Of a stretch of 64,000 nt of DNA, positions 1 through 9,287 are shown piece after piece. Position numbers and translations under genes: made by a program. The stretch lies in NCBI RefSeq assembly GCF_016717175.1, contig NZ_JADKFZ010000003.1; one strand, given 5' to 3'. The notes below the pieces were generated by a model, which had not been told where the DNA came from, ran no database searches, and worked only from the letters and a program-made list of their open reading frames with translations. The stretch is from Nannocystis sp. (GTDB lineage: Bacteria > Myxococcota_A > Polyangia > Nannocystales > Nannocystaceae). Position 1 is the stretch's first letter. Each line of letters begins with the position of its first letter.

Positions 1-210
1 GCGACGCGGTCGAGGATCGCGTCGGCGGCCAGGACGTCGCCCTTCGCGGCGACCCGGGCGGCGTCGATCAGCCAGTCGGTGGTGTCGCCCATGGCGGAGA
101 CGACGACGGCGATCGGGCCGAGGGCCCGCTCGCGGGCGATGAGGTCAGTGACGCGGATCAGGCGGTCGGCGGCGCCGACCGAGGAGCCGCCGAACTTGAG
201 GACGCGGAGA
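1..210 (-). CDS. Aspartate kinase, N-terminal fragment; the gene continues past the window start
   Basis: The minus-strand reading frame from the ATG at 208-210 gives MTPLRVLKFGGSSVGAADRLIRVTDLIARERALGPIAVVVSAMGDTTDWLI.... The KFGGSSV nucleotide-binding motif and the VVSAMG motif are typical of aspartokinase N-termini. The frame is open to position 1. Confidence 0.75.
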
Positions 211-220
211 GGTGTCATGC

Positions 221-314
221 GGGAGACAGGGCGGAAGGGACAGGGCGGAAGGGACAGGGCGGAAGGGACAGGGCGGAAGGGACAGGGCGGAAGGGACAGG
301 GCGGAAGGGACAGG
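221..314. repeat. Tandem repeat with a 14-bp unit (GGGCGGAAGGGACA), about 6 copies, between the metB-like stop and the aspartokinase start
   Basis: Read directly: ...acagggcggaagggacagggcggaagggacagggcggaaggg.... The unit is not a multiple of 3 and the repeat is intergenic. ORF 79..429 is just its translation. Confidence 0.9.
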
Positions 315-364
315 TGAGGTGCGCGGGCGCGGGACGGGGGGGGCGTCGAGAGGGTTTGCGAAGC

Positions 365-1552
365 CTAGTCGGCGAGGGCGCGGGCGAGGTCGGCGAGCAG
401 GTCGTCGGGGTCCTCGATGCCGAGGCTGAGGCGGACCAGGTTGTCGCGGATGCCGACGGCGAGGCGCTGCTCGCTGCTGAGCTCGTAGAAGGACATGAGG
501 GCGGGCTGCTCGATGAGGCTCTCGACGCCGCCGAGCGAGGGGGCGATGCGGGCGATCTGGCAGCGGTCGATGAAGCGGCTGGTGCGGGCCTCGTCGCCGC
601 GGACCAGGAAGCTGACGACGCCGCCGAAGCCGCGCATGTGGGCGCGGGCGACGAGGTGGTCGGGGTGATCGGGGAGGCCGGGGTAGTGGACGCGATCGAT
701 CGCGGGGTGGCCGGCGAGGAACTCGGCGACGCGCTGGCCCGTGGCGTTCTGACGCTGCACGCGGAGCTCGAGGGTCTTGAGGCCGCGGGTCAGGAGGTAG
801 GCGCTGTGCGGGTCGAGGACGCCGCCGAGGACGCCGCGCTGCTCGCGGACGAGGCCGACCAGGGCCGCGTCGCCGCACACGGCCCCGGCGAGCAGGTCGT
901 TGTGGCCGCCGAGGTACTTGGTGCACGAGTGCAGGACCAGGTGGGCGCCCTGGGTGAGCGGCTGCTGGTTGACCGGGGTGGCGAAGGTGCTGTCGATGAG
1001 GAGCTTGAGGCCGCGGTGCGGGCGGCAGAGCTCGGCGAGGGCGCGCAGGTCGGCGACGCGGAGGTAGGGGTTGGTCGGCGACTCGCTGAGGACGACGCGG
1101 GTCTTGCCGGGGACGATCGCGGCGGCGATCGCCGCGAGGTCGCCGGGCGGGGCGAGGGTGTGCTCGACGCCGTAGCGGGCGAGGAAGCCGGTGACGAACT
1201 GGCGCGTGCGACGGTAGCCGTCGGCGGTGAGGACGACGTGCTGGCCGCTGCGCAGGAGCGTGAACAGGGCGGTGGTGATCGCCGCCATGCCGCTGGCGAA
1301 CAGGGCGCAGTCCTCGGCGGCCTCGAGCGCGGCGAGCTTGCGCTCGGCGACGGCGACGGTGGGGTTGCCGTAGCGGCCGTACTCGTCGCGGGTGATGCGG
1401 CCCTCGAAGTGGTCGCGCAGCTCGGCGGTGTCGCGGAAGGCGTAGGTCGAGGTCAGCGCGATCGGGGTGGTGACGGCGTCGTGCGGCTGCGGGCGCGGCT
1501 CGCCGGCGTGGACGGCGAGGGTGCCGGGGCGGGCCTGCGGATCGTGGGTCAC
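365..1552 (-). CDS. Cys/Met-metabolism PLP-dependent enzyme of the cystathionine gamma-synthase/beta-lyase family
   Basis: The 395-aa ORF is typical of the CGS/CBL/OSHS lyase family, with a PLP-lysine context (HSCTKYLGGH) and an N-terminus TLAVHAGE....TPIALTSTYAF. It starts with GTG at 1552. Confidence 0.85.
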   Translation of the reverse strand: MTHDPQARPGTLAVHAGEPRPQPHDAVTTPIALTSTYAFRDTAELRDHFEGRITRDEYGRYGNPTVAVAERKLAALEAAEDCALFASGMAAITTALFTLLRSGQHVVLTADGYRRTRQFVTGFLARYGVEHTLAPPGDLAAIAAAIVPGKTRVVLSESPTNPYLRVADLRALAELCRPHRGLKLLIDSTFATPVNQQPLTQGAHLVLHSCTKYLGGHNDLLAGAVCGDAALVGLVREQRGVLGGVLDPHSAYLLTRGLKTLELRVQRQNATGQRVAEFLAGHPAIDRVHYPGLPDHPDHLVARAHMRGFGGVVSFLVRGDEARTSRFIDRCQIARIAPSLGGVESLIEQPALMSFYELSSEQRLAVGIRDNLVRLSLGIEDPDDLLADLARALAD

Positions 1553-1638
1553 GGCGGGGCGAGGGTCGCGTGGGCTCGCGCGCGGTGCAAGGCGTCGCGG
1601 GTCCAGCGGGCACTGTACAGATCATCAGCTCGTCGGCT

Positions 1639-4600
1639 ATGTTCGCGCGCATGACGGGCCAATTTTGTGCGCCGGTGCAGCGGTGGTTCGAGCGGCGCTT
1701 CGCGGGGCCGACGGAGGCGCAGCGCGGGGGCTGGGCCGCGATCGCGGCGGGGCAGGACGCGCTGATCATGGCGCCGACGGGCTCGGGCAAGACGCTGGCG
1801 GCGTTCCTGGCGGGCATCGACGGGCTGGTGCGGCGCGGGCTGGCGGGGACTCTCGGTGAGGGGGTGAAGATCGTGTACGTGTCGCCGCTCAAGGCGCTCG
1901 GGGCCGACGTCGATCGAAACCTACAGATGCCGCTGCGCGGCATCGCGGAGGCGGCGGCGGAGCTCGGGCTGGTGGTGCCCGCGATCCGCACGGCGCTGCG
2001 CACGGGGGACTCGACGGCGACCGAGCGGGCGCGCCTGTTGCGGCAGCCGCCGCACCTGCTGATCACCACGCCGGAGTCGCTGTATCTGCTGCTCACCTCG
2101 CCGCGGGGGCGGACGATCCTGGCGGGCTGCGAGCAGGTGATCGTCGACGAGATCCACGCGCTGCTCGGCAACCGTCGTGGGGCTCACCTGGCGCTGTCGC
2201 TCGAGCGGCTCGATGTGTTGTGCGGGCGGCGATCGCAGCGGATCGGCCTGTCGGCGACGGTCGATCCGGCGGAGGAGGCGGCGCGGCTGCTGGTCGGTCA
2301 GGACGACGCGGGGCGGCCGCGGGCCTGCGCCCTGGTGGACGCGGGTCGGCGGGCGGCGCTCGACCTGAAGATCGAGGTGCCGACCGAGACGCTGTCGGCG
2401 GTGGCGTCGCGGACGGCCTGGGACGACGTGTATGTGCGCATCGCGGCGCTGCTGGCGGAGCACCGCAGCGCGCTGATCTTCGTGCCGAGCCGGCGCATGT
2501 CGGAGCGGGTGGCGCACGACCTCGAGCAGCGGATCGGCGAGGGGCTGGTGGCGGCGCACCACGGGGCGCTGGCCAAGCGCACGCGCCAGCTGGTGGAGGC
2601 GAGGTTGCAGTCGGGGGCGTTGAAGGCGGTGGTGGCGACGGCGTCGCTCGAGCTGGGGATCGACGTCGGCGAGGTGGAGCTGGTGATCCAGATCGGGTCG
2701 ACGCGCAATATGTCGGTGCTGCGCCAGCGGGTCGGGCGGGCCTGTCATTCGGTGGGGGGGACGCCGAAGGGCCGCATCTTCGCGCTGACGCGCGACGACC
2801 TGCTCGAGTGCGCGGCGGCGGTGCGGGCGATCCAGGCCGGGCGCATCGATCGGGCGGTCCAGCGCGAGGCGCCGCTCGACGTGCTGGCGCAGCAGATCGT
2901 GGCGAGCTGCGCGGCGGAGGAGTGGTCGGTGGCGGCATTGTGGGCGATGACCCGGCGGGCGGGGCCCTATGTGCAATTGGAGCGGCCGGCCTTCGACCAG
3001 CTGTTGACAATGCTGGGGGACGGGACCTCGACGCGGCGCGGGCGGCAGGGAGCGCTCATTCACCTCGATCGGATCCATGGCACGGCGCGCGGGCGTCGCG
3101 GGGCTCAGCTGGCGGCGTTGACCTCGGGCGGGGCGATCCCCGACAAGGCGGATTATGCGGTGATCGAGGACGCGAGCGAGGCGGTGGTCGGGTCGGTCGA
3201 CGAGGACTTTGCGATCGACAGTATGGTCGGTGATGTGTTTCGCCTGGGCTCGCACGCGTGGCGGGTGCGGCGGGTCGAGAACGGGCGGGTGCGGGTGGAG
3301 GACGCGCAGGGGCAGGCGCCGACGATCCCGTTCTGGAACGGCGAGGGGCTGGCGCGCACGGCGGAGCTGTCGGCCGAGCTGGCGCAGCTGCGCGAGGCGC
3401 TGTGGCGACATATCGCGGCGGACGATCTGGTGGGGGCGCGGGCGCTGCTGGCCGAGGGCGGGGTGGAGGGCGACGCGGCGACCCAGGCGATCGCGTATGT
3501 CGAGGAGGGGGCGCGGGCGCTGGGGGTGGTGCCGACGCAGCAGCGGCTGGTGGCGGAGCGCTTCTTCGACGAGTCGGGCGGGATGCAGCTGATCATTCAT
3601 GCGCCGTTCGGGGCCCGCATCAATCGCGCCTTCGGCATGGGGCTGCGCAAGAAGTTCTGCCGGACCTTCGACTTCGAGTTGCAGGCGGCGGCGACGGATG
3701 ACGCGGTGCTGCTGTCGCTGGGGCCGCAGCACTCCTTCCCGCTGATCGCGATCTTTGACTTCTTGCACGAGCACGCGGTCGACGAGGCGCTGACCCAGGC
3801 GGCGCTGCAATCTCCGCTGTGGGAGACGCGCTGGCGCTGGAACGCGACCCGGGCGCTGGCGGTGTTGCGCCAGCAGGGCGGGCGTCGCACGCCGCCGCCG
3901 ATCCTGCGCATGCGCGCGGCGGACCTGCTGGCGGCGGTCTTCCCCGAGCAGGCGGGCTGTCAGGATAACCACGGCGGCGAGATGATCGTGCTGCCCGATC
4001 ATCCGCTGGTGAATGAGACGACGCGAGATTGCCTCGAGGAGGCGCTGGACGCGGCCGGCTTGAAGGCGATGCTGCGGCGATTGCACGCGGGAGAGATCGA
4101 GTCGCTGGCTTGCGAGACGGTGGCGCCGTCACCGTTCGCGCACGGCATCCTGGCGGCCAATCCCTATGCATTCCTCGACGACGCGCCGCTCGAGGAGCGC
4201 TGGGCCCGGCAGGTGCGCACGGCCCGGCCGGGCGAGCTGACGCTGCGCGGCGGGGACCTGCGCACGCTCGACCCCGACGCGGTGGCGACGGTGGCGGCGC
4301 AGGTGGAGCTCGGGGTCGACGCGCCGCGCGACGCGGACGAGCTGCACGATATGCTGTGCGCGCCGCTGTTGCTGGCGCCGCGGGCCGGCTGGGGCGGATT
4401 GTTCGCGGCGCTGGTGGCCCGCGGGCGGGCGACCTCGCTGTGGCAGGCGGACGGGGAGCGGTGGATCGCGGCGGAGAGTTTGCCGCTGGTGCGGGCATTG
4501 TGGCCGGATGCGAGGATCGATCCGCCGATCGAGCTGCCGGCGTCGCTGATCACGGGGATCGACGCGGAGGAGGCGGCGTTGCGGCTGGTGCGGGCGCTGG

Positions 4601-5835
4601 TGCAGGGGCTCGGGCCGAGCTCGGCGGCGACGATGGCGGGGATGCTCGGGCTGACGGAATCGCAGGTGGAGGCCGCGCTGGCGCAGCTCGAGCTGGCGGG
4701 GATCGTGCTGCAGGGGGAGTTCTTGGCGGCGGAGACGATCACGTGGTGCGAGCGGCGGATCTTGCAGCGGATCCACCGATTGACGCTGGGGCGGCTGCGC
4801 GAGGAGATCCGGCCGGTGACGCCCGCGGAGCTGGTGCGCTTCCTGCTGCGCTGGCAGCACGTGCAGCCGGGGACCCAGCTGCACGGGGCCGAGGGGCTGC
4901 TGCGGGTGATCGAACAATTGGAGGGGCTCGAGCTGCCGGCGCAGGCGTGGGAGCGCGAGGTGCTGCCGCGGCGGATCGCGGGCTATGACCCGGCGTGGCT
5001 CGATGAGCTGTGCCTGTCGGGCGAGGTGGCGTGGGGCCGGCTGTCACCGCTGCCGGCGGAGGGCTTGAGCCCGGCGAGCTGCCGCGCGGGGCCGGCAAGG
5101 TGGCGCTGTTCCCTGCGCGAGCACGCGGGCTTCCTGGTGGCGCGCGAGACGGGGCCGGCGCACGAGTGGCCGCATTTGTCGGCGCTGGCGAGGCGGGCGG
5201 CGGAAATGTTGGCACATGGGGCGGCGTTCGCGGCGGACCTGCGCGCGAGCCTCGGCGTGGGGGTGGCGGAGATGGAGGAGGCGCTGTGGGAATTGGCGCG
5301 GGCCGGGGCGATCACCAGCGATGGATTCGCGGGGCTGCGGGCGTTGTGCGAGACGGCGGAGAGCCGCCGCGGGGTGCGACGGATCTTGCGCGGGCGGTGG
5401 TCGCTGATCGCCCGGGAGCTGGGCCAGGGGCCGGTGCCGGACCCGTTCGGCGACGGCAGCGCGGTCGAGCTGGCGCGCTCGTATCTGCGACGATATGGCG
5501 TGGTGATGCGGGTATTGCTGGGGCGCGAGACGGGGGCGCCGCCGTGGCGGAGCTTGCTCGAGATCTATCGTCGACTCGAGGCGCGCGGGGAGATCCGCGG
5601 CGGGAGGTTCGTGTCGGGACTCAGTGGCGAGCAATTTGCGCTGCCCGAGGCGGTGGAGGTGCTGCGGGCGACGCGGCGCATCGACGCGGAGAGCGAGGAG
5701 GTCGAGGTGGCGACCTGTGATCCGCTGAATCTGGTGGGTATCATTACGCCCGGGCCGCGGGTGCCGGCGGTGCGGGGGCATGTGCTGCGATATCGCGACG
5801 GGGAGGCGGTCGAGGCGGCGCGGGCGCTCGGGTGA
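1639..5835 (+). CDS. lhr: Lhr-type ATP-dependent helicase, long form with C-terminal extension
   Basis: The uninterrupted 4.2 kb ORF has helicase motif I (APTGSGKT), DEIH, a RecA2 domain, and Lhr-like WH/DUF1998-type C-terminal regions. There are ATGs at 1639 and 1651; the track's upstream start at 1570 is less likely. It is divergent from the metB-like gene across an ~87-bp gap. Confidence 0.85.
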   Translation: MFARMTGQFCAPVQRWFERRFAGPTEAQRGGWAAIAAGQDALIMAPTGSGKTLAAFLAGIDGLVRRGLAGTLGEGVKIVYVSPLKALGADVDRNLQMPLRGIAEAAAELGLVVPAIRTALRTGDSTATERARLLRQPPHLLITTPESLYLLLTSPRGRTILAGCEQVIVDEIHALLGNRRGAHLALSLERLDVLCGRRSQRIGLSATVDPAEEAARLLVGQDDAGRPRACALVDAGRRAALDLKIEVPTETLSAVASRTAWDDVYVRIAALLAEHRSALIFVPSRRMSERVAHDLEQRIGEGLVAAHHGALAKRTRQLVEARLQSGALKAVVATASLELGIDVGEVELVIQIGSTRNMSVLRQRVGRACHSVGGTPKGRIFALTRDDLLECAAAVRAIQAGRIDRAVQREAPLDVLAQQIVASCAAEEWSVAALWAMTRRAGPYVQLERPAFDQLLTMLGDGTSTRRGRQGALIHLDRIHGTARGRRGAQLAALTSGGAIPDKADYAVIEDASEAVVGSVDEDFAIDSMVGDVFRLGSHAWRVRRVENGRVRVEDAQGQAPTIPFWNGEGLARTAELSAELAQLREALWRHIAADDLVGARALLAEGGVEGDAATQAIAYVEEGARALGVVPTQQRLVAERFFDESGGMQLIIHAPFGARINRAFGMGLRKKFCRTFDFELQAAATDDAVLLSLGPQHSFPLIAIFDFLHEHAVDEALTQAALQSPLWETRWRWNATRALAVLRQQGGRRTPPPILRMRAADLLAAVFPEQAGCQDNHGGEMIVLPDHPLVNETTRDCLEEALDAAGLKAMLRRLHAGEIESLACETVAPSPFAHGILAANPYAFLDDAPLEERWARQVRTARPGELTLRGGDLRTLDPDAVATVAAQVELGVDAPRDADELHDMLCAPLLLAPRAGWGGLFAALVARGRATSLWQADGERWIAAESLPLVRALWPDARIDPPIELPASLITGIDAEEAALRLVRALVQGLGPSSAATMAGMLGLTESQVEAALAQLELAGIVLQGEFLAAETITWCERRILQRIHRLTLGRLREEIRPVTPAELVRFLLRWQHVQPGTQLHGAEGLLRVIEQLEGLELPAQAWEREVLPRRIAGYDPAWLDELCLSGEVAWGRLSPLPAEGLSPASCRAGPARWRCSLREHAGFLVARETGPAHEWPHLSALARRAAEMLAHGAAFAADLRASLGVGVAEMEEALWELARAGAITSDGFAGLRALCETAESRRGVRRILRGRWSLIARELGQGPVPDPFGDGSAVELARSYLRRYGVVMRVLLGRETGAPPWRSLLEIYRRLEARGEIRGGRFVSGLSGEQFALPEAVEVLRATRRIDAESEEVEVATCDPLNLVGIITPGPRVPAVRGHVLRYRDGEAVEAARALG

Positions 5836-5844
5836 GCGCGGCGC

Positions 5845-6333
5845 TCAGGCGCCGGACGATCCGGTGCCGCTGGTACCGGTGCCGCTGGTATCGGTGCCGG
5901 TGCCGAGCGTATCGGTGCCGGTGCCGGTGCTGCTGGTGTCGGTATCGGTGCCGGCGTCGGTGCTATCGCTGGTGTCTGGCGGCGGGGGCGGGTCGCAGCC
6001 GTCGGGGAAGCAGGGGTCGTCCCAGGTCGAGCTGCCCGTGGTCGGGGGCCCCGTGGTGGTGCCGGTGCTCGTGCTGGTGGTCGGCGGGGGCAGCGGGTCG
6101 CAGCCGTCGGGGAAGCAGGGGTCGTCCCAGGTCGCGGAGCCAGCGGTGGTGCCGTCGGTGGCGGTGCTTCCGGTGTCGGTGCCCGTGTTGTCGGATTTGG
6201 GACCGCAGGCGGGCGCGGCGACGGTGGTCGCAATGCCCACGATCGAGGCGGCGCCCATCATTCCCATCATTCGGCGGAGGTGGGCCTGCACGCGGTCGTG
6301 CGGGCCGGGGCGGTGATTGTTGGGATCAGACAT
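5845..6333 (-). CDS. Small secreted lipoprotein with a Thr/Gly/Ser-rich sequence and two copies of the motif TWDDPCFPDGCDP(L/P)PPP
   Basis: The ATG at 6333 overlaps the stop of the upstream radical-SAM reading frame (ATGTCTGA). It has a signal peptide with a lipobox-like AAPAC (…RRMMGMMGAASIVGIATTVAAPAC). A ~40-nt DNA repeat at ~5988-6028 and 6099-6139 encodes the duplicated Cys motif. An alternative internal start is at 6270. Confidence 0.6.
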   Translation of the reverse strand: MSDPNNHRPGPHDRVQAHLRRMMGMMGAASIVGIATTVAAPACGPKSDNTGTDTGSTATDGTTAGSATWDDPCFPDGCDPLPPPTTSTSTGTTTGPPTTGSSTWDDPCFPDGCDPPPPPDTSDSTDAGTDTDTSSTGTGTDTLGTGTDTSGTGTSGTGSSGA

Positions 6334-7980
6334 AATGCAGGGCCTCCGCGGGGGTATGGTCGACCGGGACGGCGCGCTGGAGCGGGGTCGCGTCGTTTCC
6401 GATCGAGGTGGCATTGTGGCGTGACGGGGCGGTGGCGGCGAGCATCTCGGCCTTCAGGACGCGCCACTGGTCGGTGATCTCGCGCTCGAAGGCCCGCAGC
6501 GACGGGGCCAGCTCGCGCACGAAGCTGGCGTCGTGGTCGCGGCTGGCCCGACGCACGTGGCCGAGGATCGCGCGCAAGCCGGTCACCGTGTCGGCGCCGA
6601 CCAGGCGGTGCAGGGCCTTCATGCGGGCGAGCCACGCGGGCCGGAACACGTCGGCGTGGAACAGGCGGCAGGTCTCCAGCTCGAGGCGCCAGCCGCCGAT
6701 ATTGTTGTGCAGCGCCCGGTCCGAAGTTGCGCGGGGTGAAGGCGTCGATCGCCATCTCGAACACACGCTGCACCTCGGGGGTGCGCAGGCGGTAGTCGTA
6801 ATGCAGGTAGTCGCCGGTGGTCCGGCGCTCGCCGAGCATGCGATTGAGCAATGGGGTGCCGGCGTAGAGCTCGGTGCGGCAGAAGTTGAACGGGAAGTCC
6901 GACGCGGCGGCCATGAAGTCGAGGTTTTGCTCGAGCGAGGGCATGGTGGTGTCGGGGTCGAAGATCAGCATGTTGAAGCAGCCGAACATGTCGAGCTCGC
7001 GCAGGACCTCGATCGCGGCGTGGTTCTGGCGCGAGGCGAGGCGACGCTGCAGGGTCACCAGGCCCTGGTCGGCGTCGGTCTCGATGCCGACGTAGGAGCG
7101 CAGCGCGTGCAGGCGGTCGCGCATGACCCGGAACACCTCGAGGTCGGCGTCGTTGGGCCGGGCCTTGACGACGATGCCGAAGCTGCCGATCGCGCGCGCC
7201 TCGAGGGCGTCGGCGAGGGCGTGGAAGCGCTCGAGGTTCTTCTTCTTGCTGGGGACGAAGAAGTTGTCGTCGTGGAAGACGAAGATCTCGACGCCGCGGT
7301 CGCGCTTGAGGGCGACCATCTCGTCGGCGACATCCTCGGTGGTCGCACGCGGTAGCGCTTGCCCGGCAGGGTCTGCTCGTGCCACGAGGCGATGCAGCAG
7401 AACGAGCAATCCGCGTAGCAGCCGCGGCTGCTGACGAGGGGGCGAGCGCGTGGCCGAAGCACTGCTTGGGCGGGCCGGCGCGGTCGGGGTGGCGCAGGGT
7501 CTCGAGCGCGGGCGGGTGGCGCAGCGGACCGGCTACCACCATCCCGTCGGGGTCGCGGGTCGAGACGCCGGCGATGCCCGTCAGCACGCGCCGCCGGCGA
7601 CCGCGGCGATGAGCTCGACGATCGTCTCCTCGCTCTCGTGGCGGCAGACGCTGTCGATCTCCGGGAAGTCGCGCAGGAGGTCGGGCGCGGCGAAGGTCGC
7701 GGCGGCCTCCGATCGTGATGTGGCCGCGGTAGCCGGCCTCGCGCAAGCCCATCGCCACGGCGAGCAGCTCGACGGCTCGCCACTGGAAGGCCACCGAGAT
7801 GCCGACCATGATCGGGGGCTCAGGGGCCTCCGTGATCGTGCGCAGCACGGTCGGGAGATCACGGGGTTGGTTGAATGCGACGATCTCGACGCGCCAGCCG
7901 ACCGTGCGCAGGGCGGCCGCGAGGTAGCGCAGCGAGAGGTTCTCCTCGAGCTCGGGTCCGACGAGGGCTATCCACGACAT
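6326..7980 (-). pseudogene. B12-binding-domain radical SAM gene interrupted by at least 5 frameshifts
   Basis: The N-terminal B12-binding domain (MSWIALVGPELEENLSLRYLAAAL…GHITIGG) starts at the ATG at 7980. The continuation FAAPDLLRDFPEIDSVCRHESEETIVELIAAVAGG is in a second frame. The radical SAM CxxxCxxC motif (SRGCYADCSFCCIASWHEQTLPGKRYRVRP) is in a third. TEDVADEMVALKRDRGVEIFVFHDDNFF…FTPRNFGP is in a fourth. The C-terminus ALHNNIGGWRLELETCRLFHADVF…ALHYV* is in a fifth. Indels lie at about 7707, 7590, 7435, 7343 and 6722. It is either a decayed gene or a run of local assembly indels. Confidence 0.75.
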
Positions 7981-8237
7981 CGCTTCACCTCCAAGTTCGA
8001 GGACGATACGATCGCACGGTATCACGACGGGCGGAGCGTGGGGTGAGTGCCTGGGCCCGAGTTTCGGGCGTGGGACCGGGGGGCACCGGGCCGCACGGCA
8101 AACTCTGCGGCGTGGCGACGGCGACGAGGTGCGCGGGGCTGCGCGTCGGCGGGATTACATGGCTCAAGGGACAGGTGGAAGCGCCCGCGGAGCGCTCGAT
8201 TGCCAGGCTGCGCGGGCAGGTCTAGCATCGCCTGCGG

Positions 8238-8869
8238 ATGACGCTGAATCGCTCGACGCCCGCGTCCTCGGGAGACACTGATGCTTACCCGTTGCCGACC
8301 GCCGAGGAGCAGGCCGAGACGCCGCTCGCGGCGTACGTGCCGATCGTGCCCGATCCGTCGCTCGCGTCGCTGCTGCCGTGCCCGCCGGGGACCGAGCAGT
8401 GCGTCGGCGATCACGTGGTCGAGTGTCGGATCGCCGGCAAGCCGGGCGAGTCGCTGTCGCGGCGCCACGGGCCGGCCGTGTGGTTCCATCCGAACGGCGA
8501 GGTGGCGCGCAGCGGCAGCTACGAGCACCACGAGTGGAGCGGTCGCTGGTGGAGCTTCGACGAGCAGGGGCGCGTCGAGGCGAGCACCGCGTATGTCGCG
8601 GGCAAGGAGGAGGGCTCGATGTGAAATTCTATCCGAACGGCAGGCGCCGCTGCGAGAGCTTCTACCGGGCCGGCAAGCTCGACGGTCCGAGCAAGGCGTG
8701 GACCGAGGACGGCGAGCTGATGGGTATCACCATTTACGAGCAGGGCCGGACCATGAGCAGCAAGGTGTTTCGTTATACGCTGAAGGAGGCGAGCCCGCAG
8801 GAGCTCGCGGCGGCGCACGCGGAGCTGCGGCGGCTGCTCGCGGAGCAGCAGCGGTTGCTGGGGAAGTGA
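8238..8869 (+). pseudogene. MORN-repeat (YwqK-like) protein with a single frameshift near 8622
   Basis: The first frame gives …VWFHPNGEVARSGSYEHHEWSGRWWSFDEQGRVEASTAYVAGKEEG(SM*). The second gives LDVKFYPNGRRRCESFYRAGKLDGPSKAWTEDGELMGITIYEQG…, which continues MORN/YwqK-type repeats to the stop at 8869. Confidence 0.65.
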
Positions 8870-8876
8870 GGACGGG

Positions 8877-9179
8877 ATGTTCGCGGGACTCCAGGCGTTG
8901 TTGGTGCATTGCGGGCTGGCCATGGCCCTGATGTTCGCGGTCGCGGTCGTCGGGATCGGCGTGACTGGGCCGACGGTGTCGGCGGCGGAGCGGGCCGTGC
9001 TGGTGCTCGCCGCGCTGGACCTCGTGATCGCGGTGACGACGATCGTGCGCTTCGTCGCGGCGAGCGCGGCCTTCTCGGCCGGGTTCGGGCGGCTGGTCTG
9101 GGTGATCGTGTGCGTGGCCTTGCCCGCGGTTGGCACGGCGGCCATGTTCTCCGCCTCGGCGGTCGCGCTCGATCGCTGA
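8877..9179 (+). CDS. Small hydrophobic membrane protein of about 100 aa, hypothetical
   Basis: It starts 8 nt after the MORN gene stop and has two or three predicted TM segments (LAMALMFAVAVVGIGV…, LVWVIVCVALPAVG). GC3 is high and consistent with coding. It has no recognisable family. Confidence 0.4.
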   Translation: MFAGLQALLVHCGLAMALMFAVAVVGIGVTGPTVSAAERAVLVLAALDLVIAVTTIVRFVAASAAFSAGFGRLVWVIVCVALPAVGTAAMFSASAVALDR

Positions 9180-9287
9180 GGGCTACCCTGGGTCGCGGCG
9201 CTGCGAATCACGGTGGAAGGGCGCGGACCCCGAGCTCGGCCTGGCGCGCTTGCGTTAGCGGCGGGCTCGTGCTTTTGTGGCGGGCAC

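Noticed and set aside
79-429. A 116-aa ORF encoding GRKGQGGRDRAEGT repeats
   Set aside because: It is simply the translation of the 14-bp intergenic tandem repeat. It also overlaps the aspartokinase start on the other strand.
2093-5781. Many long ORFs overlapping lhr on both strands (for example 2093..3010-, 2220..3233+, 3620..4498-, 4029..4988+, 5044..5781-)
   Set aside because: Their translations are Arg/Pro/Ala-rich and low in complexity. They are antisense or off-frame to a continuous, well-conserved helicase ORF. They are the expected stop-codon-poor artefacts of ~72% GC DNA.
6326-7980. Programmed ribosomal frameshifting or transcriptional slippage as the explanation for the split radical SAM gene
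   Set aside because: Five separate frame changes in both directions within 1.6 kb, none at a recognisable slippery heptamer, cannot be programmed recoding.
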